From contig CM052817.1 in assembly GCA_028534125.1 (NCBI GenBank), positions 55,554,001 to 55,618,000 on the forward strand: a stretch of DNA of 64,000 bases, written 5' to 3'. Position numbers and translations under genes: made by a program. The stretch comes from Lama glama. Taxonomy: Eukaryota. Shown piece after piece: positions 1 through 12,560 of this stretch. The notes below the pieces were generated by a model. The model was given only the letters and a program-made list of their open reading frames with translations, was not told where the DNA came from and did not search any database. The first letter of the stretch is position 1, and every line of letters starts with the position of its first letter.

Positions 1-82
1 CTTTTGCTCACCATTAGAACATCAGTATCTAGTACAGTGCCTGATATGATGTGGTATTCAAAATATTTGTGATGTGAGTGAA
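1..82 (+). mobile_element. L2 LINE 3' tail fragment
   Basis: AGTACAGTGCCTGATATGATGTGGTATTCAAAATATTTGTGATGTGAGTGAA resembles the L2 3' end (…AGTGCCTGGCACATAGTAGGTGCTCAATAAATATTTGTTGAATGAATG). Confidence 0.6.
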
Positions 83-124
83 AAGATCCATAATGAAGAG
101 TTATGATTTATGACACATTATCTA

Positions 125-475
125 GGTTAGGTGTCATAATAGTGTGCTACACAGAGCAGTGATAACAGTCCCCCCAAATCTCAGTGATTTATAAAAAGAA
201 GGGTTAGTTTCTCACACATTCTACATAACTGTCATGGGCTGGCTGTAGATCTATTTTGCATTGGCAGCTTTTGGAAATTAGGCTAATGGAAGAACTTCTG
301 TCCTGGAAAATTGCTAACTGATAAGATAGAGGGAAAAAATACCAGTACTTAAAATTTTCTGCCACATTTCATCGACCAAATCAAGTCATAAGACCAAAAC
401 TAACAAGGTGGAAAAGAGTAATAGTACCTCAGAAAAGGCAGAAACTATTTGTGAGTGATTATATAATTTTCCATA
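125..475. mobile_element. MaLR LTR (MLT1J/K/L-like), degraded
   Basis: ATAACAGTCCCCCCAAATCTCAGTGATTTATAAA…TTTCTCACAC and CACATTTCATCGACCAAATCAAGTCATAAGACC match recalled old MLT1 motifs. Confidence 0.6.
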
Positions 476-1728
476 TTTGTCCTAACTACTACTAAAAGTA
501 TTTGAAAAAAATCAGAGACACATAAGATTTTGGTCCTAAAAAGATGATCCCTAGAAAGTCATTTTAAGATTTATCTTAATACTTTCAATTGCCCTGTGAT
601 GAGAAAAGCTAAAAGATCCTAAGCAGGCATTAATAAATTAAAACAGGATTCTTTTAAACTGTGTATAATCAGTTGCATAAGTCAATTTGGGATTTAGACC
701 TTTTTTTACATTTACAGAAATAAATTACATGATCCTTTCTATATGCCTTGTGAAGATATACTAGTAAGAACGACAGAGTTCCAAAACTTGAAATTTTGAA
801 GAAATTTTTTGAGGGAAGGAAACACAGCTATTTGAGAGATTGAAAACACAGCTGTCCCACAGATAACCTATTTGGAGTGCATATAGTTCAAAGAAGCTGC
901 TGTGTATTACTAACACAAGTACCTCCTAACACGTGAAGCATGACAGCCTGTTGGGGCATCAGTAAAATTACTGTGAGTCTGACACATTCAATAAAAACCT
1001 TTCAGTCTTTCATAACTACAAGTGGTTGAGAATAAAGTTTTAACCAATTTGGATTTTTTTATTCTTGCTGCCAGTAGCAGTCATATTCCCAATAGGCAAT
1101 TTCATTGGTGACACTTGTATTGAAGTATGAGAATGTCAACGAAAGTTCTTTTAGATGAACATCATTGACAATGTATTTGACTATTATTATAATTTACCAA
1201 TTCAAAGAGAATGCATTTATGATCCTTTTCTTACTGTTCACAATAAAAATGTTGTGTTAAATAGCTGCCTATCTCTAAATCATGTTCATCCTTAAAGACC
1301 TTAAGAAGCCACCTTTTTTACATAACATTCTTTACATTTATTCTAAATCCCATTGATCTCTGTTTTTCTGCACAGACAGCGCTTTGGTGTGTAGACTACT
1401 GATTTGTTATTTAATAATGTGCACCAGCTGGAATTGTTCCCAGGGTAACCTTGTGTCTACAAAAATTGTTTTTACTCTTGCCATCTTTATCCACACTGGT
1501 TAGTGTTAGCAGTTGTAGAGAGAGCAGCCACCAAAACCTTATCACCTACTATAAGCAATTCGCTACTCTAGACCTTTGATTTCATTAATTACTAATAAAT
1601 CCCATTGAGACTTACAGTTCCAATCATGGATCTAATCTCTTGTAATATAGAGGTGAGCAATATTGACAGAGCCTTTATATTTATATTTAATATTAATATT
1701 TAATAGGCACAACAGCTTTGTAAGATTG

Positions 1729-1729
<1 letters not shown>

Positions 1730-1763
<34 letters not shown>
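1730..1763. repeat. (ATT)n microsatellite
   Basis: About 11 perfect ATT units; source of the poly-Asn run in ORF 1632-1838. Confidence 0.95.
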
Positions 1764-1997
1764 TTGTAGATGAGAGAAATAAGTTGAATAAGTAGGGCAG
1801 GAGTGAGCAACTTTCTCAGGTGAAGCTCTTCTAAGCATCGGAGTGTATTAGTTTGCTCCGGCCGCCATGACAGTTTGCTTTCTCACTTTGTTAATGTTGG
1901 TTGACTGCAGTCTCCCTTTTCATCTTTTCCACTTCTACATGATTTACTGCACATGGCCTGTGAGTCTCTTCCTCAAGAAAATTGTTTTCTCCTTTAC

Positions 1998-2588
1998 TTT
2001 TTTTAAAGAAGCTTTATTGAAGTATAACTGATATACCAAAAAAAAAAAAAAGAACATATTTAGTATATACAATTTGATGAGTTTGGACATACGCCTATAT
2101 CCATGAAACTGTCACCACAATTAAGGTAATAAAAATATCCATCACTTCCAAAACTTTCCTCTTGCTCCTTTTTGTTTGTTTTTGTTGTAAGAACACTTAA
2201 CATGAGATCTAATCTCATAACAAATTTTTAAGTGTATAATAATAAATTGTTATTTATAAGCACAATGTTGTACAGTAGATAGCTAGAACTGATTTGTGTA
2301 ATGGAAACTTTATATTGACCAACAGTTGTCCATTTCTCCCTTCCCTCGGTCCCTGGCAATCACTATTTTACTCTCTAAGAGTTTCATTATTTTGGATTCT
2401 TTATATAAATTGAATCAAACAGTATTTTTCCTTCTGTGACAGGCTTATTTCACTCATCACAAGGTCCTTTCAGTTCATCCATGTTTTTCCATATGGCATG
2501 ATTTTCTTCTTTTTCAATGCTGAATAATATTCCATTGCATCTGGAGATAACCTGCATGTCCATCAATGGATGAATGGATAAGAAAATT
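1998..2588 (-). mobile_element. L1 3' end (L1MA9/MA10/MB-like) with a short 5' inversion
   Basis: T-tract at about 1998-2004, then antisense L1 3' UTR and ORF2 end to 2540. 2541-2588 is sense L1 (CTGGAGATAACCTGCATGTCCATCAATGGATGAATGGATAAGAAAAT). Flanking TSD TTCTCCTTYACTTTT at 1987-2001 and 2587-2601. Confidence 0.85.
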
Positions 2589-2954
2589 CTCCTTCACTTT
2601 TGTTAGGGCAGCTTTCCTAGCATCATTCTGCCATTTCCATCCTGAGTCATAAAGAGACCCATCGACCTAACAGTCTCTCCATCATTGAGGACAGGTCATT
2701 TAGAGACTTGTTCCTCAAAGCAGTGTGGAAGCCAACTTAAAGACTCATGAATGATACAGTTTTCTTGCTTCTCAAAAACAAAACAAAACAAAATAATCTT
2801 TCAGTGTTAAATTGAGAATTTTTTGAAACAATGTATACTTCCTTGGTTACAACTGTATATGAACAGATTGGCATCAGCAGAAGAATTTTCAAATGAAAAC
2901 AACTGTACACAGATATTTAAGCCATTTTATTCTAATTGCATTTCATCTCATCAG

Positions 2955-2972
2955 CATCATCATCATCATCAT
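2955..2972. repeat. (CAT)n microsatellite
   Basis: Six CAT units; source of the poly-H/S/M runs in the overlapping ORFs. Confidence 0.9.
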
Positions 2973-3029
2973 TATCACATATTGTTGAAAACCCATTATG
3001 GACCACATGGCATAAACATTGTTCCTGCT

Positions 3030-3475
3030 TGTATCAGTTAAGATTCTCCATGGAAAGAAAACAAATAAGATATTTAAATTGTGTGTGTGTGTGTGTATAC
3101 ATATATATATATAAAATCTGTCTATCGGTCTAGAGATTAGAGTGACAACGATTTTAAGAAATTGACTCACATAATTGGGAAGGTTTACAAGTCCAAAATT
3201 GAAGGGACAGTTGATGTTGCAGCTTGAGTCTGAAGGTAATCTGGAAGCAGAATTACCTTTTCCTTAGGTGACCTCAGTCTCCTTTGACTTAATGAAGACA
3301 ACTGATTGAATGAGACCTATCCACATATAGAGAAATCTGCTTTACTCAAAGGCTGCTGATGTGAATGTTAATCTCATCTAAAAAAATACCTTCACAGCAA
3401 CATCTGAACTAGTGTTTGACTAAACCATCAAGTGCCATGGCCTAGTCAAATTGATACATAAAATTAACCATCACA
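3030..3475 (-). mobile_element. ERVL LTR, MLT2 family, containing a (TG)n(TA)n microsatellite at 3080-3113
   Basis: Begins TGTATCAGTTAAGATTCTCC and ends …GGCCTAGTCAAATTGATACATAAAATTAACCATCACA, the reverse complement of the MLT2 5' end (TGTGATGGTTAATTTTATGTGTCAACTTGACTAGGCC). Confidence 0.85.
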
Positions 3476-4130
3476 CAGAACATGGGTTTAGAGCCAAGTC
3501 AGCCTCTCCAGAAAGTCTCAAGTTTTTCCATTTTAACTTGCTGACAAGCACAATGCTTTGTGTATAGAGAAAGAGCAATACTTTTGATTGAATGCATAAA
3601 ATAACAGAGTTTTCCCCCTTCTCATCTTACATGGTGTTATTTATTATTCTAAACTAAATTGAAACCTCCATGTGATGTAACCATTTTGGTTTGTCTCTTG
3701 ATAGTTAATGAGAGTTATTTGCCACCAAGACTATCCAAGTCAAAATGATTATAATCAGTTCCGAAGTTATATTTTGATTGCAATAAATAGATCAAATGTT
3801 CATTAATATTGAAGCCAGAATGCTAAATCTACTGTTTTTCCCTCATTTACTTTTTTTAACATCTAAAAAATTTTAGATAAGACCTAATTAATTTCAGCTA
3901 CATTCGGAGCTTGTTTTATTAGAATAAAATATGAGGAACTATGAAATGTGCACATTTAGTGGGAAAATTGTGTCTTGAAGAAAAGAACACCCCCTGACTC
4001 TCCCATTCATTTACTCTTAAACCTTTTGACATAGCAAATTCCCCACTGGGCCAACCTGTCTCCCTAAGTTGCTCTTTAAATTCTGCTACCCCTGAATGTT
4101 CCTTTGTTCAGTGTTAAATGATTAACATAA

Positions 4131-5234
4131 GACTTAGTTAAACTTATAAGCCTTTGCACAGCAAAGGAAACCATAAGCAAAAAAAAAAAAAAACAACCTA
4201 TGGAAGGGGAGAAAATATTTGCAAAAGTTGAGATTGCAAGGACTTAATTTCCAGAATATATAAACATCCCATATAACTTAATAATAAAAAAACAAACAAC
4301 CCAATCCAAAAATGGGCAGAAGACCTAAATAAGCAATTCTCCAAGGAAGACATACAAATGGCCACTAGGCACATGAAAAAATGCTCAATATTGCTAATAA
4401 TCAGAAATGCAAATCAAAACTACAATGATGTATCACCTCACACTTTCAAAATGGCCATCATTAAAAAGTCCACAAATGGTTAATGTTGGAGAGGGTGTGG
4501 AGAAAAGAGAACCCTCCTACACAGAGAACGTAGTTTGCTGTAGCCATTATGGAAAATAGTATGGAAATTCCTCAAAGAACTAAAAGTAGACTTACCATAT
4601 GATTCAGCAATCCCACTCCTGGGCATATACCCAAAGGGAATTTTAATTTGAAAAGTACATGCACCCCAGTGTTCATAGCAGCACTATTTGCAATAGCTAA
4701 GATATGGAAACAACCTAAATGTCCATCAACAGAGGAATGGATAAAGATGCTATGGTATATTTATACAATGGAATACTACTCAGCCATAAAAAGTAATAAA
4801 ATAATGCCATTTGCAGCAGCATGGATGGACCTGGAGATTGTCATTCTAAATGAAGTAAGCCAGAAAGAGAAAGAAAAATCTCATATGATATCACTTACAT
4901 GTGGAATCTAAATAAAAGACAAATGAACTTCTTTACAAAACAGAAACAATTTCACAGACATAGAAAACAAACTTATGGTTACCACGGGGGGAAAGGGGTG
5001 AAAAGGAATAAATTGGAAGTTCAGGATTTTTTAGATATTAACTACTATATATAAAATAGATAAAACAAATTTATACTGTATAGCACAGGGAACTATATTC
5101 AATATCTTGTAGTAACCTATAGTGAAAGAGAATATGAAAATCAATATATGTACATACATGCATGACTGAACAATTATGCTGTGCCACCAGAAATTGACAC
5201 AACACTGTAAACTGACTATACTTCATTAAAAAAA
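4131..5234 (+). mobile_element. 5'-truncated L1 (cetartiodactyl/camelid-type 3' UTR) with ORF2 C-terminus
   Basis: ORF 4648-4911 (…[29 protein letters not shown]…EYYSAIK…) is the L1 ORF2 C-terminus, followed by 3' UTR and A-tail. TSD AAGACTTA at 4129-4136 and 5233-5240. Confidence 0.95.
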
Positions 5235-6049
5235 GACTTAACATCTGTCAGAATTTATGCTGCAACAAAATATTTAAATGTTCAATAGTTTTAAATAAAT
5301 CCAGATAAATTCTTCTTTTTTGATCCACTTTATAACAATCCATCTAGAAAACAAAACACCGACAAAAAAAATCATTTTAAAGTTATATCAGATAAATAAA
5401 AGCAAACAAAGGGACTTAAATTTCTTGATTTGTGCTTTTAGGCATCACATCTTTTTTTTATGAACCTAAATATGTATTTGAATTTATGAGGTGGTGGGTG
5501 GTTTTTGGATAAAACAAACTTAAGCTCTTTAGTGTTTCCCTTTTGTTTTCTTTTATCCAGATCTAAAAATATAGTTTAATCATAGCTGAGGCTTCTTACA
5601 TACAGTCATATTAATAAAGCATTCAGATTTCTTTTGGTGCTCATATTCATCTATATATGCAAAATATTCATACATAATTTCCATTTGAATGTTCCTTTAT
5701 TTCCACTTTAAATAATGTCATTGATATAAGAAAAATCTTTCTTCAGTTAAATACCTATCTTCAAATTCAGGTCTATTATAGGCCTTATTTCATGAAGACA
5801 TTAGAAAATTATCTTAAATGTCTAATGACTAAGAAATACTATCCTACATGCTATATTGGTTTAGGTTGCTTTTAGAATTGGTTGGCTATAAAATGTTTAG
5901 CAAATCTGTTCTTTTCCTTCAAAAATGTAGTATAACTTCTGGAGATATAAAATAGTACTTGGAAAATGATAGATCTATTAGCAGTCAACTCTTACCTGGG
6001 TCTCTAGAAAAGAAGAAATCTCCATGTTGACTGTCTTATCCTCAAGGAA

Positions 6050-6575
6050 TCATTCTCCACACTGGAGTTGGAAGGCTCTTTTTGAAGTGGAAATCTGTTT
6101 GCTTCTTTCTCCTGCTTAATCATCTCAATAGCAACCCAGTGCTCTAACGGTAAACAGCCAAACCCCTTCACAAGGTCTCAAGGCTCAAGTTACAGGATTC
6201 CTTACTTGGCTCTTGGGCTCATCTCGCATCCATGCCCTTGCTCTCTGTGTGTTACTCTCACTCACCTTCCTCCATTTCTCCCCACTCGAGGCCATGCACA
6301 CTCCCACAGTCAGGCTCTGGAGCCTGCTGTTTCCCCTGCCAGGGACACTCATCCACCTCCTTCATTTAAGTAGCTTTCTCTCCAACAGGTCTCCCTTTAT
6401 TCAGCAATTCTTTAGCAAATCCCCCCTACAACTCCTTGATTGGACAAAACCTTTCTACTATGCACTCCATAGCACTATTACTTCTCTCATGTCATTTATA
6501 ACACTTAAAAGTTTTCCTTTATTTGAATATTTTGAAAGTTTATCTTTCTCACTGGTCTGTAGGCTTCATTTCTTC
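6050..6575 (+). mobile_element. L2 LINE fragment
   Basis: CATTCTCCACACTGGAG…CTTTTTGAAGTGGAAATCTG…TCTCCTGCTTAATCATCTCAATAGC and a CT-rich body typical of the L2 3' region. Confidence 0.65.
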
Positions 6576-7369
6576 ATTAAACACCCATTCAATTCTACTT
6601 ACATAAATTCATATGACTTTTAAGCTGTATAGAAATAAAACAGAGTTTATAAGTTGATATTCAATCTTTGCAGACAAAAATAGACTTTAAAATGTGAGGA
6701 TGTTTTGGTAATTCTTCTGGATTTATGCTGCTTTATAGATAAGCTTCTTTTTGTTTGTTTGTTTAAGCTAGAACACAGACAAGATTTAACAAAAGACAAC
6801 AGTTTTATAGCTAGCAAGGTTAAGACAGGTTCCCTAAGCTGAAATCATGTATGGAGATGAGGTTCTTCCTGAAGAGGGGTAAGAGAAACTGGTGGTCATA
6901 GGACATAAACTTACATGACTATTTGGGTCTGTTTAATGTTTCCTAAGCATTGCCAGGACCAAATCACCTTTACTATGAGTTAAGGTACAATATTGCAGTG
7001 ACATCAAGGTTCTGATAATAATAAAGCAGTACTGCACCTAAGTGAGTTGATGGGCGTTCTTAAAGAAATCATTGCTTAACACTGACTTCAGCATAAGTGA
7101 CACCTCCCTGAAGAGGACCTTATCACTCTTCTTCCCTGTGTTTGCGGACAGGAAAACTCCTCTTGCTTTATCCTTCTCCTAATCCGCCTACATGGCTTTC
7201 AATAGTACCATTCAGAGCATAGATTATAATGTCTTATTGTATGTAGATCGTGCATAACTTTCTAACCTCATATTTTTGGATACCCTTGACCATTGGTACC
7301 CAAAATGATTAACATCAATTTATACACTTTAAAAAACAAGGGGAAAAAAAGTCTAGCAAGCTCTTTCCA

Positions 7370-7710
7370 CCTAAGATTTTTGTATATACCTCTCTCCCTT
7401 CATAAAATACCCTTCTGCAAAACCACACATCTGACTTCTCCATCTGACTCCTTCAAGTGTCTGCTCAAATATCACTTTCACAGAGAGACATTTCCTGACT
7501 GATCAAAAGCATTTTCATTATGCTCTTTTATTATCTGTTCATTTTTCCTCAGTGGCACTTAAATTTTACAACGGCTACATGTTTATCTGTTTCTCTCCTG
7601 CACTGAGCTGTACATATTGTGAAGGCAGGCACCATGCCTCTTTTGTTCACCACCAAATATATAGAGTGTGATCTAGTGACTAATCAACTGTAAGTATTCA
7701 GTAAATTCCA
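7370..7710 (+). mobile_element. L2 LINE 3' end
   Basis: CTTCAAGTGTCTGCTCAAATATCACTTTCACAGAGAGACATTTCCTGAC…GTGAAGGCAGGCACCATGCCTCTTTTGTTCACC match L2a 3' motifs. Confidence 0.7.
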
Positions 7711-9999
7711 AGCAAACTACCAATTGACATAAAAGGGAAAGAACCAGGAATACAGAATCATTCAAACAAAAATCAAAGGAAGGTAAATGTTTGGTAAGCA
7801 GTTATAATGATTAATAAAGAGAGGAAATGAAAAACAGTGAAAATGTCTTAGATGAAGACATTTTTTGGATCTAGTAAATGTAGAGGCAACTACTTCATGC
7901 TGCCAAGATTGTTACCATTGAAGAGATGCTCAAGATTATCCATAGGAACAAATTGAAATAACCCTTTTCTAACACTGATTGATAGCAGCACATCTGTCCC
8001 CTTGAGGATATGAGATTATTTTGTAGTCAAATGGATAGAAGCCAGAAATGTAGGAGATAAGCTAGGACTGGCATAAGAATCCATATCAGGTAAAGGAGTT
8101 TATCTATAAAGAAGAAACAGAAAGGTGCAGAGAGAGAGGGAACAAGAGTGAGAGAGACAAAGAGGGAGAAATGACTTCCACATTTCACTCCTACTATGAA
8201 CACAGTATACCTGATGGGACTGGTAATCAAACTTCCTTCATCCAATGGCAGAGTCTGGATTTGACTTGAGACATTGTGTCTCTAGATTCTAGCTCTTAAC
8301 CATGCTCTGGCATTGTGCCATTTGGTCTGTGATTAGTACCTGAGTCCCATCTTTAGTTTTAATTGAAAGAAAGTGGGTATGGCCAGGAGTGAGTGATATT
8401 ATTCCACTTTTACTAATATAATTGAAGCTCCTAATGATTATATTAGATCAATGACATACATCTATGAAGAAAAAATTACAAACGAAGTATTGCATGGTTG
8501 AAAATTACCAATTTTTTTTCCTAAAGCATAACCCCACACCTTCTGCACACTTTATCCAAAAATCATATGTAATAACATATGGCAGGCATTACTACAACCT
8601 GACTCTCATATTGTATCCCTACTTAAGAACTGACAAATGGCAAGGATTAACAATAAATTCCAGGACATTATTAAGGTTTAGTCTGTTTAGACTGTTGGTT
8701 GTCTTGTTATAGTTTGGATAGTATATGCAACTATACCTAGTTCAAATGACTCTGCCTTCCAATTCTTTTTCCTTTCTTAAAAACAAACAGACTTTTTTTT
8801 TACAAAATGGCCAAACACATCTCATCAAACATCTCAAGTTCTCATTTTACTGAATGAATTTGCTTCCTGGAATCCAAATGCTTAAACTATAGAACTACTT
8901 CTAGTTCTGATTTTCAAAAGCTACCTGAACAGGCATTCCTGCTGATAATGTATTTGATTTAGTAACAGAAACAAGTGAATATAATTTCTCTTGGAGAACT
9001 GGTTTAATAGTATTTATAGGGACATACAAATATATTTCTAAAAACCCTCTGATTATTCTACATGAAAAATAGAAAATGATTCAATATTATGAAATAATAT
9101 TTTTGTAAGCCTTCTGTGTTCTATAATTCTCTTTTCTCATCTTTCTGCCACTGTGGGGATATTTGCATGAAAATGGTTTTTCTGTTGCTAAGAGTTCATC
9201 TGTTCCTGCTGCTTCTTTCTCACCTGAAGTCACAATTCTCTGAATGTACATCATAATCATCTCTACATAACCCAATTTCAGTGTTGCAAACAAAGGATTA
9301 TGCCTTCAACTGAGAGATAAACAGCAGGAGCAGAATAAATCTAAACCCCAAATGCCTCATTTTATGGAAATGTCCCAATTAATAAAAATTCAATTGAAAA
9401 GAAATATTTTAAGTTATATATCAGCAGATTTATCTTTCAACTAAAGTTTTTCACTTTTTCATGATGTTTCAACATGCTTTGTATTACAGAAAAACCTAGT
9501 TTAGTCACTCTTAATTGTGCCAGATGTCTTTTTATCCTTCTGTTTATGTTTAGCAGTCTGTCCCAATTCTATCATTTTTAATTATCTAAAGCCTTTGTGC
9601 TAAGATTTACATAGAAGTAGTAACTCTTCCTTGGCATCCATTGATAATGATTGAATAAAGAAGAAGACAACAGATGGGCATGAGTTGCATCGTGGACTCA
9701 CATGGAGACTAGAATGAACCTTAAATACCTGTCTATTAAAAATCATGTTCCACATTTAATTGTAATTCCACTTACCGTGGTAGCAGCTCTGCCATGATGC
9801 CATAAATTACAACACTTCAGAGATTATCTCATAACCTTGAATATATTTCAGTCCAATTTTTTTGGATAGTTGGAGTACTAAATAGAAACAAAAAAAATAA
9901 GCTGATTTACTTCCTATTGTATTATTTCCATGAGGTCAAAACTTAGCAAAATTTACCAGTTTGTGCAATGATTTCTTTTTTCCAATTAATGAGGTCAAG

Positions 10000-10370
10000 T
10001 AACATTTGCTCAGCATCTAAAACTTGTCTGGCACTGTTGTAGCAAACAACAGAGATGCCATAAAGAATGAGGTAGTGTCTTTTTAAGAAAGATAAATGAA
10101 CAAATGGCACAATAAAATTAGTAGTTTTATGCGACGCTTACGTAGTTGGTGAAAAGCTCTGAAAAGAAAGAAGTGCCAGATTCTATCTGGGAGAGACCAG
10201 AGAAAACTTCCTAATAGAAGTCTAGCAAGATCTGCATCTTAGAAGATCAGTAGGTTTTAACCAAGAAGAGTTTGGGGAAAAATAAAGGAAGAAATGAGTA
10301 AGAGAGAAACTATAAGCAGAGAGAACAAATATGAACTAAATCACCCAGGTAAAGCAGCATGGTATATTAA
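10000..10370 (-). mobile_element. L2 LINE fragment
   Basis: AACATTTGCTCAGCATCTA…GGCACTGTTGTAG…CAGAGAAAACTTCCTAATAGAAGT…ATCTTAGAAGATCAGTAGG is antisense L2-like. Confidence 0.6.
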
Positions 10371-10392
10371 GTCAAAATGATTGGAGACAAAT

Positions 10393-10490
10393 GCAGTAAT
10401 TTCTAAACTGTTATGCATATAGGAATCACCTGGGAGGGCTTGTTAAAGCATAAATACCAAGGCCTCACAAAATCCCTATTCTGATTCAAA
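10393..10490. mobile_element. hAT-Charlie MITE fragment (MER5-like)
   Basis: CAGTAATTTCTAAACTGTTATGCATATAGGAATCACCTGGGAGGGCTTGTTAAAGCATAAAT resembles the MER5A end. Confidence 0.7.
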
Positions 10491-11229
10491 CGGTACATCT
10501 TAAATATATATATAATTTATATTAGTCAATTATACATTAATAAAGATGAAAAAACAAACAAAAAAATCAGCTTCTTTCAGGAAAATTATACAGTGATGAG
10601 AAATTAATTATGGTCTCTTCAACTTTGGGAGCTGGAAATGCTCCCAAAGATGGAAAAGCATCTGAAAATGCTTGTGGTAGGAGCATTTGCAATTGAAGAC
10701 CTTATAGTGAAAAAGACAGCTGAGATAGATGGAAGTGATCAGTGATTGGAGGAAATCTTTATACCTGTATGTACACTCTGGTAAATAAAACAGCAACAAA
10801 TTTTTAAAAAATACATTTGCTGTGACAGAAGGGAAATTCTGGTAGACAGAATAAAATCATAAATACAAAATAATAAGACATCAGCTTTTCAGTAAATGTG
10901 CAAGACACATGTCAAGAAAAAAAGAAGAAAAAGAGTGATATCAACAATGAGAAAGATTTGAACAAATACCATGGAAAGATTCAAAAGTGTATAAATAATA
11001 ACTCTCCAAACACTAACGTACACATTTATAGCAACTCCATTAAAATTTCAATTGTTTTCTGATCTTAACACTTATGTGGAACATTAAATGTCAAATGAAT
11101 CATCCATCAAAATTCTTTTCCTAATAATTATGACAGTGTAATATCATCACCTGAAAGTAGAATTCAGTTTATGGAACAAACTAGGATACAGAAACAGATA
11201 CTTTAAGAAAGTACATTATAGTGACTGAA

Positions 11230-11440
11230 TATACATTGTTTGTAGTCAAAACACTTACTGCACAGTATTTATCTCCGTGATCTTGAGTAAGTACTACCCA
11301 CACCAAAAAAAAAAAAAAAGCTTTAGTTTCCTCTTTTGTAAAATGAAAACATACTAGAATACTAGCCCATAGGGATGTTGTGGGAAAACATTAGAAAATT
11401 CTTGTGAAAGACTCTGGGATATAGTAAATATCAACATTGT
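11230..11440 (+). mobile_element. MIR SINE
   Basis: GTGATCTTGAGTAAGTACT…TAGTTTCCTCTTTTGTAAAATG…CATAGGGATGTTGTG matches the MIR core. Confidence 0.7.
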
Positions 11441-11539
11441 GCTTTTTCCTTTAATAATATAGATTGGTGATGTTTTCGTATCACAACTCTCCTATTCTTT
11501 TAGATAGACATTTGGTGTTTCATTGTATTTTATCAAGTA

Positions 11540-12170
11540 CCTATTAACTAATATCTAATGTTTCCAATGTGTAGACAATATAAGCAGTGTTAAAATGAGA
11601 ATCTTTCACAAGCTGTCTTACACACACATGTAAGTGATTCTTTAAGGCAAGTGAGAAAGATTAGAATATTAGGTCATGGTCTCCCACTTTAAACCATTGT
11701 AAATAATCATTAAAAATCTGTACAAAGCTAGACTACCATCAGAAGTACAGGGGTTTCTTTAATTTAACTACATTGCCCCACACCCTAAATAACATTTGGT
11801 ATCAGTAACATTTTCATACATTTTAAGCTATATTGGTAAAAATTATTTGCATTCCTTTAGTTATGCATAGAATTGGCCATCTGTTTATATGTTTATTAGA
11901 TAATCTTAATTTTTTTTATATAAATTATCTCATAATATGCTTTGCCTGTTCTGTTGGGTATGTTGTGTTTGTTTGGTTTTTGCTATTGCTGGGTTTTTTT
12001 GTTTTTTGGGTTTTTTTTTTACTTTTCCTTGTTTGAATGAGTTGTATTCTTTCTAAAAATTGAGAAAATTATCAGTTTATTGTGTTTGTTCAAACAGTGT
12101 TTTTTCTAGCTTGTCATTTTTGTTTTGATTTGCTTACAATACTATTTACCATACAGAAAGTTTTTACTGA
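11540..12170 (-). mobile_element. Old L1 (L1ME-like) ORF2 fragment
   Basis: TTTGCATTCCTTTAGTTATGCATAGAATTGGCCATCTGTTTATATGTTTATTAGAT resembles the antisense L1 ORF2 3' region. Confidence 0.6.
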
Positions 12171-12560
12171 TGAAAACTCCCTGGGAGACACTTTATACCC
12201 CAGACCTCTTCAGTGGTACTACAACAGGCCAACTGGGAGATTAGACAATGCCAGAGATTAGTATAATAAAGAATGCAAAATGTTTTCATGTATTTATGGC
12301 CCTGGAGATTAAAAATAACTTTATAAATTATAATATTGAACCACTTTTGGGAACTGGCCTTGGCAGTGTTGTGGGGAGCAAAAGCTGTATGCTAATCTGA
12401 ATTTCTGACTTTTTTTTTTATCATGTAAGACTGAAAAATTTGTCTAGAAGGCAATATTTTAGTAAAATACATCATCTGAATTATTTTGAGCATCTATTTG
12501 GAAATGCCGTCAGCACCTCATGGATGTATGCTTTCTTTAAAGCAAAGACATATATAGTCT

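Noticed and set aside
820..855. Short direct repeats (AAACACAGCT twice; similar 10-mers at about 32456, 35466 and 52883)
   Set aside because: Only two copies each with no array structure; ordinary slippage or repair scars, not CRISPR-like.
4648..4911. 87-aa ORF as a host gene
   Set aside because: It is the L1 ORF2 C-terminus inside a truncated L1 copy.
9087..9293. EKPFSCKYPHSGRK resembling a C2H2 zinc-finger linker; another frame gives C-x6-C, vaguely defensin-like
   Set aside because: The second Cys and the His pair are missing, the defensin six-Cys spacing is not met, and stops flank the defensin-like frame.
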